DNA of 27,654 nt, from NCBI GenBank assembly GCA_018238625.1, contig JABCSY010000053.1:1-27654 (forward strand), in the 5' to 3' direction. A program made the position numbers and the translations under genes. The stretch is from Promethearchaeota archaeon (GTDB lineage Archaea > Asgardarchaeota > Lokiarchaeia > Sigyniarchaeales > SOKP01). Positions 8,328 to 17,363 of this stretch are shown here, piece after piece (position 1 is the first letter of the stretch; each line of letters opens with the position of its first letter). The notes below the pieces were generated by a model, which saw only the letters and a list, made by a program, of their open reading frames with translations, made no database searches and was not told the DNA's origin.

Positions 8328-8810
8328 TTTTTTCATTCCTCCACTTTTAACTTTTTAATATTTTTTTCTAAAGTTCACATTTTTCAATTTGAACCTTATT
8401 ATATTATATATTTTCTTTTAAATATTTAAAACTTGCGTAATATTTTTGATAGGATATGTTTCGGTTAATAATTTCATCCGATCGACAAAATTACGATGTT
8501 AGAGAAGAAAAGCGGGAGATGCTCTTCTGAGCCGTTAGATCAGAGATCTTTTTTTGTTTTGGAAAATGTAGATGATGCAGATTTAAACATAGAGGACATG
8601 GGCTAGCTTTGGTTAAAATATTATTGTCTGAATTATTTTCGGGATAAAAATTAATGATTTCAAAGATTTTGTTATCTTCTTGATTTTGATTACATAACGC
8701 TTAATTGATTTAAAATTTTGCACTTTTTTTTCTTTATTTTCCAGATCTGATAAGTTTTATAACATCTGGTAATTTATTTTACACAATTATATTACTTGAC
8801 TTGAAATCTC

Positions 8811-9875
8811 ATGAAAAAAATCATTTCTGTATGTAGGGGGGACGGTGTAGGTCCTGAGGTTGTAAACGAAGGAGTAAAAGTTCTCGAAATCGTTTCGGGT
8901 TACACTGAGTTTGATTTTGAATTCAAAGAAGCACCAGCGGGAGGGGAAGTCTGGAAAAAGTTTGGTAACAACCTTCCTGAACAATCGTTTGAAACGATTA
9001 AGAATTCCGATGCGTTATTGTTTGGGGCCCTAGGATTGCCTGATTTGCCTTTTGGAGTAGCAGAGAGTGCTATAATGAAGATCAGACAGGGGTTAGATTT
9101 ATACGTTAATTTAAGACCAATTAAACTATACGACATACTTCGCGAAAAATGCCCATTGAAAGACGAATTTATAGGTAACGGGATAGATATCACTTTTGTA
9201 AGGGAAAATACTGAGGGGCTCTATAAAAATATAGGGAGCATAGACGAGAATTCTGCTCAGAACCTAATGCTATACACTAGAAAAGGCTGTGAACGAATAA
9301 TAAAGTACGCTTTTGAATTTGCCAAAAAAAAGGGACATAGCAAAGTTACTTCTGTTGATAAAGCAAACCTTCTAAAGACTAGTCAATTGTGGCGTAAAAT
9401 ATTTCACGAAATAGGTGAAAACTATCCAAAAATCCAAAAAGAAGATATTTACGTTGACGCGTATTGTCAATGGCTTATTCGAGCACCTTATAAATTTCAA
9501 ACAGTTGTTACGGGAAACATGTTTGGAGATATAATTAGTGACGAGGGAGCGTTTCTAATAGGAAGTTTAGGAATGGCTTCCAGTGGAAATATTAATCCTG
9601 GAAAAGTATCTATGTACGAGCCTATTCACGGCTCTGCTCCCGATATAGCCGGAAAAGGGATAGCTAACCCTATTGGTACGATTTTAAGCGTAAAATTAAT
9701 GCTGCAGGAGTCGTTTAATTCACTTGAAATAGGAAACGAAGTTGATAAAGCAGTCGAAGAAGCCCTTAAAGAAGGGAGAACTGTAGACATAAAAAGTGAG
9801 AAATTAAAAACGCTCTCAACCGAGAAAATGGGCGACTTAATCGCCGAACAATTAAAAAGTAGGTTAAAAAAGTAA
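8811..9875 (+). CDS. leuB: 3-isopropylmalate dehydrogenase (isocitrate/isopropylmalate dehydrogenase family)
   Basis: GDGVGPEV, NLRPIK, VRENTEGLY, VDKAN, NMFGDIISDE, YEPIHGSAPDIAGKGIANP. Exact substrate within the family is not provable from motifs. Confidence 0.88.
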   Translation: MKKIISVCRGDGVGPEVVNEGVKVLEIVSGYTEFDFEFKEAPAGGEVWKKFGNNLPEQSFETIKNSDALLFGALGLPDLPFGVAESAIMKIRQGLDLYVNLRPIKLYDILREKCPLKDEFIGNGIDITFVRENTEGLYKNIGSIDENSAQNLMLYTRKGCERIIKYAFEFAKKKGHSKVTSVDKANLLKTSQLWRKIFHEIGENYPKIQKEDIYVDAYCQWLIRAPYKFQTVVTGNMFGDIISDEGAFLIGSLGMASSGNINPGKVSMYEPIHGSAPDIAGKGIANPIGTILSVKLMLQESFNSLEIGNEVDKAVEEALKEGRTVDIKSEKLKTLSTEKMGDLIAEQLKSRLKK

Positions 9876-9879
9876 TATA

Positions 9880-11439
9880 TTAATATTTTAAGTTTCTCGT
9901 GTTAACTATAGTGCTTAACATGAGCTTAAGGTAATCGTGTATTTTTTCTCTGTAATCAGAACCAATTTTTAGAAATATTATTGATACAACCTTTTCTTCT
10001 AAATCTTTGTCAATAACAAACTCTTCCATTAATTGGGACCAGTTATTGTCGTCAGAAACTCGAACTCCAACGATAATTGTTCGTTTTTTTCTAATTTTTT
10101 GAATAATTTGAATTAAAATCTCCTTCCAATTAGGATCGATGTGCTCTTTGTCTCTAGCGTCGAATATACAAAAAGCACCATCGGAATTAGAAAGGTTAAA
10201 TTTATCGTAAAGAAAACTACTTAAGATCACTCCGTTCTTATAAGTGTATAATTTTTCTTCGCTACTATCTTTTATCTTAGAAAATTCGCCTAGTTTTTCG
10301 ATATCTAATATGGTATGAAATCCAGGGTTCCAACTCATGCTATAAGTAATAAAAGTTAATTCTAATATAATCAACTCTTTTAAAGCGAAATCAATCGCTT
10401 CTATTAGATCATCCTTGATTCTATCCTTTTCTTGTCTTTTTCTTTTTACTATGTAATGATAAGCAATTAATTCAAACGCGTCTTTAACGTTATTTCCCGT
10501 AAGTGCGCTCGTTTCTATATAGGAAGAGGCATTTTCAGAAAATGATTTGGCTAAAACTTCTCCTTCTTCGGTGGATATTAATCGTTGTTCGCTCAAATCG
10601 CTTTTGTTACCAATGATCACTATGGGAATATTTTTTTCTTCGATAAGGTTAGATATTTCCTTATGCCAACTCTTTACATTTTCAAACGATTCTCTTCTAG
10701 TAAGATCAAAAACGATAAAAGCAGCTTCTGCACCCGTGTAATAAATCTTGCGAAAGCGTTTGAAATATTGTTGTGCCCCAATATCCCACAACTGAACACC
10801 AATCTCATTTCCTTCAAAATCGAAATTATGTGCTAAAATATTTAAGCCAATAGTGGCTCTATAATCGTGTGTAAATTTGCGCTCTACAAATTGACGAATC
10901 AATGATGTTTTTCCAACCTCATGATCACCAACAATTACGAATTTAAATGCATAATTACCGCATTCACTGAATTCCGATTGACATATTGATGCTTTTAACC
11001 TTTCATGTCTTTCAGCTTCATTATCAAAATCGGGAATTGCCAATTGTATTAAATCGCCCGTTTGGGCGTTCAGTATTTGAGCTGATTTCTCAGCTAGAAA
11101 GTAAGTATAAGGCGCAACCTTTTCTACTGAAGCCATACTGTTAAAGATTATACTTAATATTCTCTCTTCGTCAATAGTAACAAAAAGTAAACGGTATTCG
11201 TCTGTGTCAAACGCAGCAGTCCCAAATTTTTTGAAAGAGAATTCATTTCGGATCCTTTGTAAGAGCGGGTTTATAAGTGTAGTCAAAACAGATACAATTT
11301 CGAGATCAATATCTTTTCTTTTTTCTCCCGCAATAACGAATCCTTCGACATCAGAGACGATAATCGCTTCAACTTCTGTAAATCTTTCTAAAAAATTACT
11401 TAATATCTCGTTAAAAAGTTGATTTCTGTTAATAATCAA
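9880..11439 (-). CDS. Roadblock/LC7-like domain + Rab-like small GTPase + C-terminal degenerate GTPase-like domain (paralog A)
   Basis: N-terminal VEAIIVSDVEGFVIAG (roadblock/MglB-type); G1 GDHEVGKTS, G2 YRATIG, G3 WDIGAQ, G4 NKSD, G5 ETSAL; C-terminal SDGAFCIFDARD...IIVGVRVSD. The TTG start aligns with the paralog's ATG. Confidence 0.9.
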   Translation of the reverse strand: MIINRNQLFNEILSNFLERFTEVEAIIVSDVEGFVIAGEKRKDIDLEIVSVLTTLINPLLQRIRNEFSFKKFGTAAFDTDEYRLLFVTIDEERILSIIFNSMASVEKVAPYTYFLAEKSAQILNAQTGDLIQLAIPDFDNEAERHERLKASICQSEFSECGNYAFKFVIVGDHEVGKTSLIRQFVERKFTHDYRATIGLNILAHNFDFEGNEIGVQLWDIGAQQYFKRFRKIYYTGAEAAFIVFDLTRRESFENVKSWHKEISNLIEEKNIPIVIIGNKSDLSEQRLISTEEGEVLAKSFSENASSYIETSALTGNNVKDAFELIAYHYIVKRKRQEKDRIKDDLIEAIDFALKELIILELTFITYSMSWNPGFHTILDIEKLGEFSKIKDSSEEKLYTYKNGVILSSFLYDKFNLSNSDGAFCIFDARDKEHIDPNWKEILIQIIQKIRKKRTIIVGVRVSDDNNWSQLMEEFVIDKDLEEKVVSIIFLKIGSDYREKIHDYLKLMLSTIVNTRNLKY

Positions 11440-11608
11440 TAGAATCTACCTTCAAATATGAACAATATCAAACGGAATTTGTACTTATCATAAATATAAT
11501 ATAACTTATTTTTAAAAGTAGCTATTTCAATTTATAAAATTATAAATAAAATTTGTGTCCCAACATCCCAGAGTGATAAAATTTCAATTAGAAATAATGG
11601 AGGATATT

Positions 11609-13171
11609 TTAATTTATGATGGTGTTAAACATTACTTCAAGTTGGTCGTAGATTTCCAAGCGATACTCGAAACCAATCTTAAAAAATAAAAGAGATATCA
11701 TCCTCTTTTCTAGATATTCGTTAACATTAAATTCTTCCATAATATTTGACCAATCACTCTGCTCAGATACTCTTACACCTATTAGGGCAACTTTGTTTTC
11801 GCCAAGGTTTTTGATTATATTGACAACAACGTCTTTCCACTTTGGTTCGATATGCTTCCTATCTCGAGCGTCAAATATGACGAAAACGCCATCAGAATCT
11901 GTTACATCTAAATTATCAAAAAGAAAGTTCTTTATTAATAATCCATTGGAATATTCGTATAATCTTTTTTCTTTGTCGTCAATTACTTTCTCACACTCAC
12001 ACAATTTATTTACTTCGTTTAAGATTTGTAGCCCTGGACTCCAAAACGGACTATCAGTTACAAACGAGACAATTAATTTTCCTTTCTTATTTAAAATCGA
12101 CTTAATTTGATCCATTAAATTTTCTTCTAGCTTTTGTTCTTCTCTTTCTTTACTCTTCATTATATAATGATATGCTATCAAGCTGAACGCGTCTTCTATG
12201 TTTTCGCCTGTTAAAGCGCTGGTTTCAATATATGAGATATCTCCACCAGAATAATCCTTTGAAAGTTCATCAACTAAAGCAACACCGTTTTTAAATTTAA
12301 CGATTCGCTGATCCGACAAATCTACCTTATTTCCTACGATTGTGATTGGAATTTTCTTATTTCCTATAAATTCATCTAGCTCTTTATACCAAATTTTCAC
12401 ATTGTCGAACGATTCTCGATTACATACATCAAAAACTATAAAAGCAGCTTGTGCACCTACGTAGTAAGTCTTTCTGAAGCGTTTAAAGTATTCTTGGGCG
12501 CCTACATCCCAAAGCGATAAAGATACCTCGTTTCCGTAAAATTTAATTGAGTGAGATAAGACATTAAGCCCTAAAGTTGCCCGATAATCGAGAGTAAATC
12601 TATTTTCTACAAACCTTCTTATAATAGAAGTTTTTCCCACTGAACTATCGCCAATTATTATAAATTTAAATTTGTAAATCCCTCCGGAATCTAGGCGGAG
12701 TTGGTATATTTGTTCTTTTATTCTACTTGTACTATCAGAAGTATTAGATTCTATTTCAAAATTCGGTACATTAACTTGAATTAAATCGCCTTCGCTTGCA
12801 AATATGATTTGAGCAGTTTTTTCTGCTAGAAAATAAGCGTATGGGCTAATTTTATCAACAGAAGCTAAAACATCTAAAACTATGCTAAGAGTTACATTTT
12901 CGTCTATAGAAATAAAGAGCAATCGGTTTTTTTCGGTGTCAAAACTAGCTGATCCAAACTTTTGAAAGGCAAATTCTTCCCGCATTCTTTCTAAAAGTGG
13001 ATTTATTAATGCTGTTAATACAGATACTAATTCCATATCAGTGCTTGCTTTTTTTTGGCCAGCTATAATAAATCCTTCTCGATCTGATACGATTAGAGCT
13101 TCTACATCGTCATTAACGAGCAGAAAGTTAGTAAGAAGTTCATTAAAAAGTCGTTTTTTGTTTAAAGACAT
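11609..13171 (-). CDS. Roadblock/LC7-like domain + Rab-like small GTPase + C-terminal degenerate GTPase-like domain (paralog B)
   Basis: VEALIVSDREGFIIAG; GDSSVGKTS, YRATLG, WDVGAQ, NKVD, ETSAL; C-terminal SDGVFVIFDARD...ALIGVRVSE. Colinear with 9880-11439. Confidence 0.9.
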   Translation of the reverse strand: MSLNKKRLFNELLTNFLLVNDDVEALIVSDREGFIIAGQKKASTDMELVSVLTALINPLLERMREEFAFQKFGSASFDTEKNRLLFISIDENVTLSIVLDVLASVDKISPYAYFLAEKTAQIIFASEGDLIQVNVPNFEIESNTSDSTSRIKEQIYQLRLDSGGIYKFKFIIIGDSSVGKTSIIRRFVENRFTLDYRATLGLNVLSHSIKFYGNEVSLSLWDVGAQEYFKRFRKTYYVGAQAAFIVFDVCNRESFDNVKIWYKELDEFIGNKKIPITIVGNKVDLSDQRIVKFKNGVALVDELSKDYSGGDISYIETSALTGENIEDAFSLIAYHYIMKSKEREEQKLEENLMDQIKSILNKKGKLIVSFVTDSPFWSPGLQILNEVNKLCECEKVIDDKEKRLYEYSNGLLIKNFLFDNLDVTDSDGVFVIFDARDRKHIEPKWKDVVVNIIKNLGENKVALIGVRVSEQSDWSNIMEEFNVNEYLEKRMISLLFFKIGFEYRLEIYDQLEVMFNTIIN

Positions 13172-13282
13172 GATGGGTTTATAATACGATTATATTAGAT
13201 TGAATTATTAAATAAAAACCTAGGTTTAAAAGTAATAATTTTATAATTTATTAAATAGTTTTCTGAATAATAGTTTTCTGAT

Positions 13283-13858
13283 ATGGCTACTTGTATTATT
13301 TGTCATCTGGATATTATTGAAGGTGTAGATTCTTTCCAAGAGTGCCCTAACGGACATCCTACACATACGGATTGCTTGAAAGAGTGGCTACTTCACGCTT
13401 CAAACTGTCCTTTATGTAGAGAACCGTACTCGATTCACGTTATTGAAGGCTTTAAAGATTTTATTCAGCAAAGAGAGCATGAAAAACACGAAGCTTTAGA
13501 AAGTGAACTGAAGCAAGAAAAAGTCAAACAAATGGGGAAAATTGCTGAAAAAATTATATTTCTGAAATTTGTTGAATCTATTGAGGTATTAATGGTTGCA
13601 AAAGAATACGAGTACGCTTTATCAAGGTTAGATTTACACGATAACGATACCACTTCAAATCAAAAAAACCAAAACCTTTTGTTTTTAAAGGGAAAGATTA
13701 ATTACTTGAGAGGTCGTTACGATATGGCAATTAGCTTATTAACTAAATTAGTAAAAGAAAAATACGACTATCCAGAAGGGTTTTTATTCCTTGGAAAATC
13801 CTATGAAGCCTTAGGTTTAAAAGATCAAGCCAAATGGGCGTTTGATAGAGTTAATTAG
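13283..13858 (+). CDS. RING-H2 finger + helical linker + TPR protein (putative E3 ubiquitin ligase)
   Basis: C-x2-C-x13-C-x3-H-x2-H-x2-C-x10-C-x2-C (CIIC...CPNGHPTHTDCLKEWL...CPLC) with the conserved Trp. C-terminal TPR-like LFLKGKINYLRGRYDMAI and FLFLGKSYEALGLKDQA. Confidence 0.88.
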   Translation: MATCIICHLDIIEGVDSFQECPNGHPTHTDCLKEWLLHASNCPLCREPYSIHVIEGFKDFIQQREHEKHEALESELKQEKVKQMGKIAEKIIFLKFVESIEVLMVAKEYEYALSRLDLHDNDTTSNQKNQNLLFLKGKINYLRGRYDMAISLLTKLVKEKYDYPEGFLFLGKSYEALGLKDQAKWAFDRVN

Positions 13859-13881
13859 TAATAAATTACTAACACTATAGA

Positions 13882-15282
13882 ATGAAAACTTTTTGTTTAA
13901 CTATTGCCGGTTCAGACCCTACATGTGGCGCGGGAATTCAAGCAGATATTAGAACGTTTGATAGGTGTGGAGTACACCCTTTTTCTGTAATAACGGCTAT
14001 TACTTATCAAAGTGCTACGGAATTTTATGGATATCAATCTCTTTCAGACGATTTAAATAAACAGCTAGATGCTATTTTTACTTCTTATCCTATTAAGTAT
14101 GTTAAAATAGGGATGATTCCAGATGTCAAAGCGTTAGACATTATCGTAGATATAGTTAGAAAACACGATTTAATCGCTATTTTGGATCCTGTTTCGATCT
14201 CGAGCGCAGGTGGAAGACTCTCAAGCGAGGGATTCGAATTAGAAATAGAAAGAGGTTTGTTTCCGCACGTAAAAGTCCTTACACCAAACATTAATGAAGC
14301 CGGTTTTTATGCGAACCGAGATTTATTAAATAAAACTACAGAAAATATTGCTGAACTCAAGGAAGCAGCAATAATATTGGTAAAAAAGTTATATTCTGAT
14401 GAGCAGACATTGGATGCGGAGAAAGCAGTTGTTATTAAAAGTGCGGGAACTAAACAAGGAGAGATTTTCGATCTCGTATGTATCAGTAAAGGAATAGGTT
14501 CCAATGAAAATTATGAATTTACTTTATATCAAAAGTCAAAACTATTATTTAATGGAAATGTCCACGGAACGGGATGCGTTTTTTCTTCTGCTATAGCTGC
14601 TTTTCTTGCTAAAGGAAATCCCTTAGCTATGGCTATTGAAAAAGCAGAAAACTTTTTTGACGCTAAATTTCAGAAGTTTGTTGAATTACCCGATAAAGGT
14701 AAAGCAATAGATCTAACTATTTCAGAAGAAAGAGTGGAAGTTATAAATCAAATTAAGGAAATCTACAGTTTTATCTCTAGGTTGAAAAAGTTTAGCAAAT
14801 TAATTCCTGAAGTTAGAATGAATATATCAGGGGCCTTACCTAACGCTACTATAAAAGAGGATATCGCGGGTATTGAAGGTAGAATTACAATTGTTAATGG
14901 TTATCCCCAAGCTTCCGGAGAAATAAAGTTTGGAGTCTCAAATCATACCGCTCGATTAATTCTCTCGGCGAAAAAGTTCGATAATTCAATTAATTACGTA
15001 ATAAATCTTAAGTATGACCCAAATTGGATAGATTTAATTCAGCAAAACTCTGATTTAGAATTACAAGAGATTATTAGAGAAGATCAGCCAGAAAAGATTA
15101 AAAAACAAGAATTTTCAACTATGCAATGGTTAATTAAAGAAAGTATGGCTAATAAAGGTAAAATACCAGATATCATTTGGGATAAAGGAGCGATCGGTAA
15201 GGAGCCTATTATCAGACTTTTTGGTAAGAATTCCATTGATGTGATTAAGAAATTACAAAAAATCGTAGATTTGATTACTTAA
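13882..15282 (+). CDS. thiDN: Bifunctional HMP/HMP-P kinase (ThiD) - thiamine-phosphate synthase (ThiN) fusion
   Basis: ThiD: LTIAGSDPTCGAGIQAD, VKIGM, LTPNINEA, HGTGCVFSSAIAA. ThiN: LIPEVRMNI, GIEGRI, FGVSNHTAR, PDIIWDKGAIGKEP. Confidence 0.92.
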   Translation: MKTFCLTIAGSDPTCGAGIQADIRTFDRCGVHPFSVITAITYQSATEFYGYQSLSDDLNKQLDAIFTSYPIKYVKIGMIPDVKALDIIVDIVRKHDLIAILDPVSISSAGGRLSSEGFELEIERGLFPHVKVLTPNINEAGFYANRDLLNKTTENIAELKEAAIILVKKLYSDEQTLDAEKAVVIKSAGTKQGEIFDLVCISKGIGSNENYEFTLYQKSKLLFNGNVHGTGCVFSSAIAAFLAKGNPLAMAIEKAENFFDAKFQKFVELPDKGKAIDLTISEERVEVINQIKEIYSFISRLKKFSKLIPEVRMNISGALPNATIKEDIAGIEGRITIVNGYPQASGEIKFGVSNHTARLILSAKKFDNSINYVINLKYDPNWIDLIQQNSDLELQEIIREDQPEKIKKQEFSTMQWLIKESMANKGKIPDIIWDKGAIGKEPIIRLFGKNSIDVIKKLQKIVDLIT

Positions 15283-15380
15283 TATATTGATTCTTTATTT
15301 CTACTAAAAATATTCTCCAATATTTGGTTTGAATTAAGATTTTTAATGAAACTTATTTTTTTGCTTTTCAATATGATATA

Positions 15381-15435
15381 GAATTACCAGAGTGATTTAA
15401 ATAAGACTTTAAAATATGTAAGATGTATATTTAAC
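15381..15435 (+). promoter_or_regulatory. Conserved upstream element copy 1 (TATA-like boxes + inverted repeat)
   Basis: 48/55 nt identical to 17274-17328. Contains TTTAAATA and the inverted repeat AAATAT-gtaagatgt-ATATTT. Confidence 0.7.
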
Positions 15436-15474
15436 TTTAAAATTAAATTTGAATTTGAATTCAATGTGAATAAA

Positions 15475-17154
15475 ATGATGATACAGCAAAAAAAATCGAA
15501 ATTTTTTTTATTAACAATAAGTCTATCAGTACTTTTATTATTTGTAGGAGTAGGCGTTAATATCAATAGTTATGTCTTGGATAATAAATCATTAGACGAA
15601 GATGTTTTAACTCAACCTAAAGAATCGTGGACATATACTACCCGAATTCTTAGGCCAAATGAGGACGTATCGAATAATGGTTTTCAAAGTAGTCCAATAT
15701 TTAATAAAATTAATGAAGTTGTAACATACCCTAGTTCCGGTGGAGATAGTAGTTATATTATAGGCGATGTTACAACAGATAGTTGTGAAGTTAAAATGAG
15801 TACAACTTACCAGCTTGAAGGACAGAGTTTTACAAGCATTAAAATTTATGCTCGGGGAAGAAAAGGAGGTACTCCTGGAGATACAACTTTGAATGTAAAA
15901 TTTGACTGGAGATTAGAAGGGGGAAGCTTCTCAACACCCAAATCAGTTAATTTTGATGAAGATAGTTTCCACTGGCTTAGTACTATTTCATGGGATAATT
16001 TAGATTTATCTAAAAATGAATTAGATCATTTACAAATTAGAATACGCATTGGAGGAATTGATGAGATTGATAAAGAACAACATATATCGGTTGTATACGC
16101 TGAAATTACCGTTAAAAGCAACGAAGATCCGACTGTCAATGTAATCTCTCCAAACGGAGGCGAAATCGTTCAAGACACTGCTTTGATAAATTGGAGCTAT
16201 TCTGATCCTGAAGGTCAAACTCTTACTTATGAATTATCTTATAGCATAATCCCATCTGGGACGTTTCACACTATTGTTTCTGGGTTAGTAAATGTGAACA
16301 CCTACGAATGGGACTTAAGTGGATTTACTGAAAGGTGTGATAGTGTTAGAATTATGGTAGAAGCTTGGGATGGAAACGGGGGTTATGATTACGATCATAG
16401 CGATGATTATTTCGAAATATTTGTTAACCACGATCCCATCGTAAATCTAACCTCTCCAAATGGAGGTGAGGTTCTACAAGAGAGCTCGTTGATAACATGG
16501 GATTGCTCTGATACTGATGGAGATACATTAACATTTAATATATCTTATGATATTGCGGGTGCGGGATGGACGCCTATAGTTTCAGGATTAGTAGATGAAA
16601 CATCCTACGAATGGGATTTAAGCGGATTTCCTCAAAGATCTGATCAAGTTTTAGTTAAAATTGAAGTAGACGACGGATATGAGGGTTTTAATGAAGATGT
16701 TAGCGATAATTATTTCGAAATTTTTTTTAACCACGATCCTACAATAACCTTAACCTCTCCAAACGGAGGTGAAACTCTAAAAGGAAACTCAACGATAGCA
16801 TGGAATTGCTCTGATTTTGATGGGGATACGTTAACATTCAACATTTCGTACAATATCGCAGGGACTATATGGCAACCTATAGCATCTGGATTAGTGAATG
16901 TAAGTTCTTACGAATGGGATCTAGGTGGATTTGCTTTTATTTACGATCAAGTTAGAGTAAAAGTACAAGTACGCGATGAATATAATGGATACGCAGAGGA
17001 TGTTAGCGACAATCCATTTGTAATTAATGCGGCAATAGAAGAATTAGAAACGATACCTTCCTTTAACATATTCATTGTTGGAGCTAGTGGATGTATCGCG
17101 GGTATTTTTCTTTGTGCTAAGGGAACAAAAAAAAACGTAAGAAATTCACTTTAG
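15475..17154 (+). CDS. Cell-surface protein: signal peptide, beta-sandwich head, three ~101-aa SPNGGE Ig-like repeats, Loki-CTERM-like anchor
   Basis: Hydrophobic N-terminus; SPNGGE at 16147, 16453, 16756; C-terminal IPSF + hydrophobic stretch + basic tail. ATG 15475 is preferred over GTG 15466 because it aligns with the paralog's start (CAATG + 8 nt). Confidence 0.85.
   Translation: MMIQQKKSKFFLLTISLSVLLLFVGVGVNINSYVLDNKSLDEDVLTQPKESWTYTTRILRPNEDVSNNGFQSSPIFNKINEVVTYPSSGGDSSYIIGDVTTDSCEVKMSTTYQLEGQSFTSIKIYARGRKGGTPGDTTLNVKFDWRLEGGSFSTPKSVNFDEDSFHWLSTISWDNLDLSKNELDHLQIRIRIGGIDEIDKEQHISVVYAEITVKSNEDPTVNVISPNGGEIVQDTALINWSYSDPEGQTLTYELSYSIIPSGTFHTIVSGLVNVNTYEWDLSGFTERCDSVRIMVEAWDGNGGYDYDHSDDYFEIFVNHDPIVNLTSPNGGEVLQESSLITWDCSDTDGDTLTFNISYDIAGAGWTPIVSGLVDETSYEWDLSGFPQRSDQVLVKIEVDDGYEGFNEDVSDNYFEIFFNHDPTITLTSPNGGETLKGNSTIAWNCSDFDGDTLTFNISYNIAGTIWQPIASGLVNVSSYEWDLGGFAFIYDQVRVKVQVRDEYNGYAEDVSDNPFVINAAIEELETIPSFNIFIVGASGCIAGIFLCAKGTKKNVRNSL
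16120..17030 (+). repeat. Three intragenic ~303-bp tandem repeats (N.DP.V.L.SPNGGE...W..SD.DG.TLT...YEWDL.GF...D.SD.YF.I)
   Basis: Periods of 306 and 303 nt between SPNGGE codons; two further copies at about 18012-18615 in the next gene. Boundaries approximate. Confidence 0.9.
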
Positions 17155-17273
17155 CCTAAATATTTTTTATTTCTTTTTCATTTTAAAGAGGAAATCTGTA
17201 GAAAGCATTACTCTTTTAAATTATAACTAATAGATTTAACCTAAATTGCCTTGTGAAAATTCATCATGGCATT

Positions 17274-17328
17274 GAATTACCAGATCGATTTAAATAAGAC
17301 TTTTAAATATACAAAATGTATAGTTAAC
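17274..17328 (+). promoter_or_regulatory. Conserved upstream element copy 2
   Basis: GAATTACCAGATCGATTTAAATAAGACTTTTAAATATACAAAATGTATAGTTAAC; contains the palindrome TATACA-aaa-TGTATA. Confidence 0.7.
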
Positions 17329-17363
17329 AGAAATACTAATTATTTGAATTCAATGGGATCGAA

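Noticed and set aside
8343-8810. Possible ncRNA or leucine attenuator in the histone-leuB intergenic region (weak hairpin near 8503-8529)
   Set aside because: Only a short imperfect inverted repeat; no tRNA cloverleaf, no leader peptide, no other support.
9880-13171. Naming the GTPases as true Rag, Rab or Roco orthologs
   Set aside because: The roadblock domain is N-terminal (Rag has it C-terminal), there is no C-terminal prenylation cysteine motif, and no LRR or recognisable COR domain.
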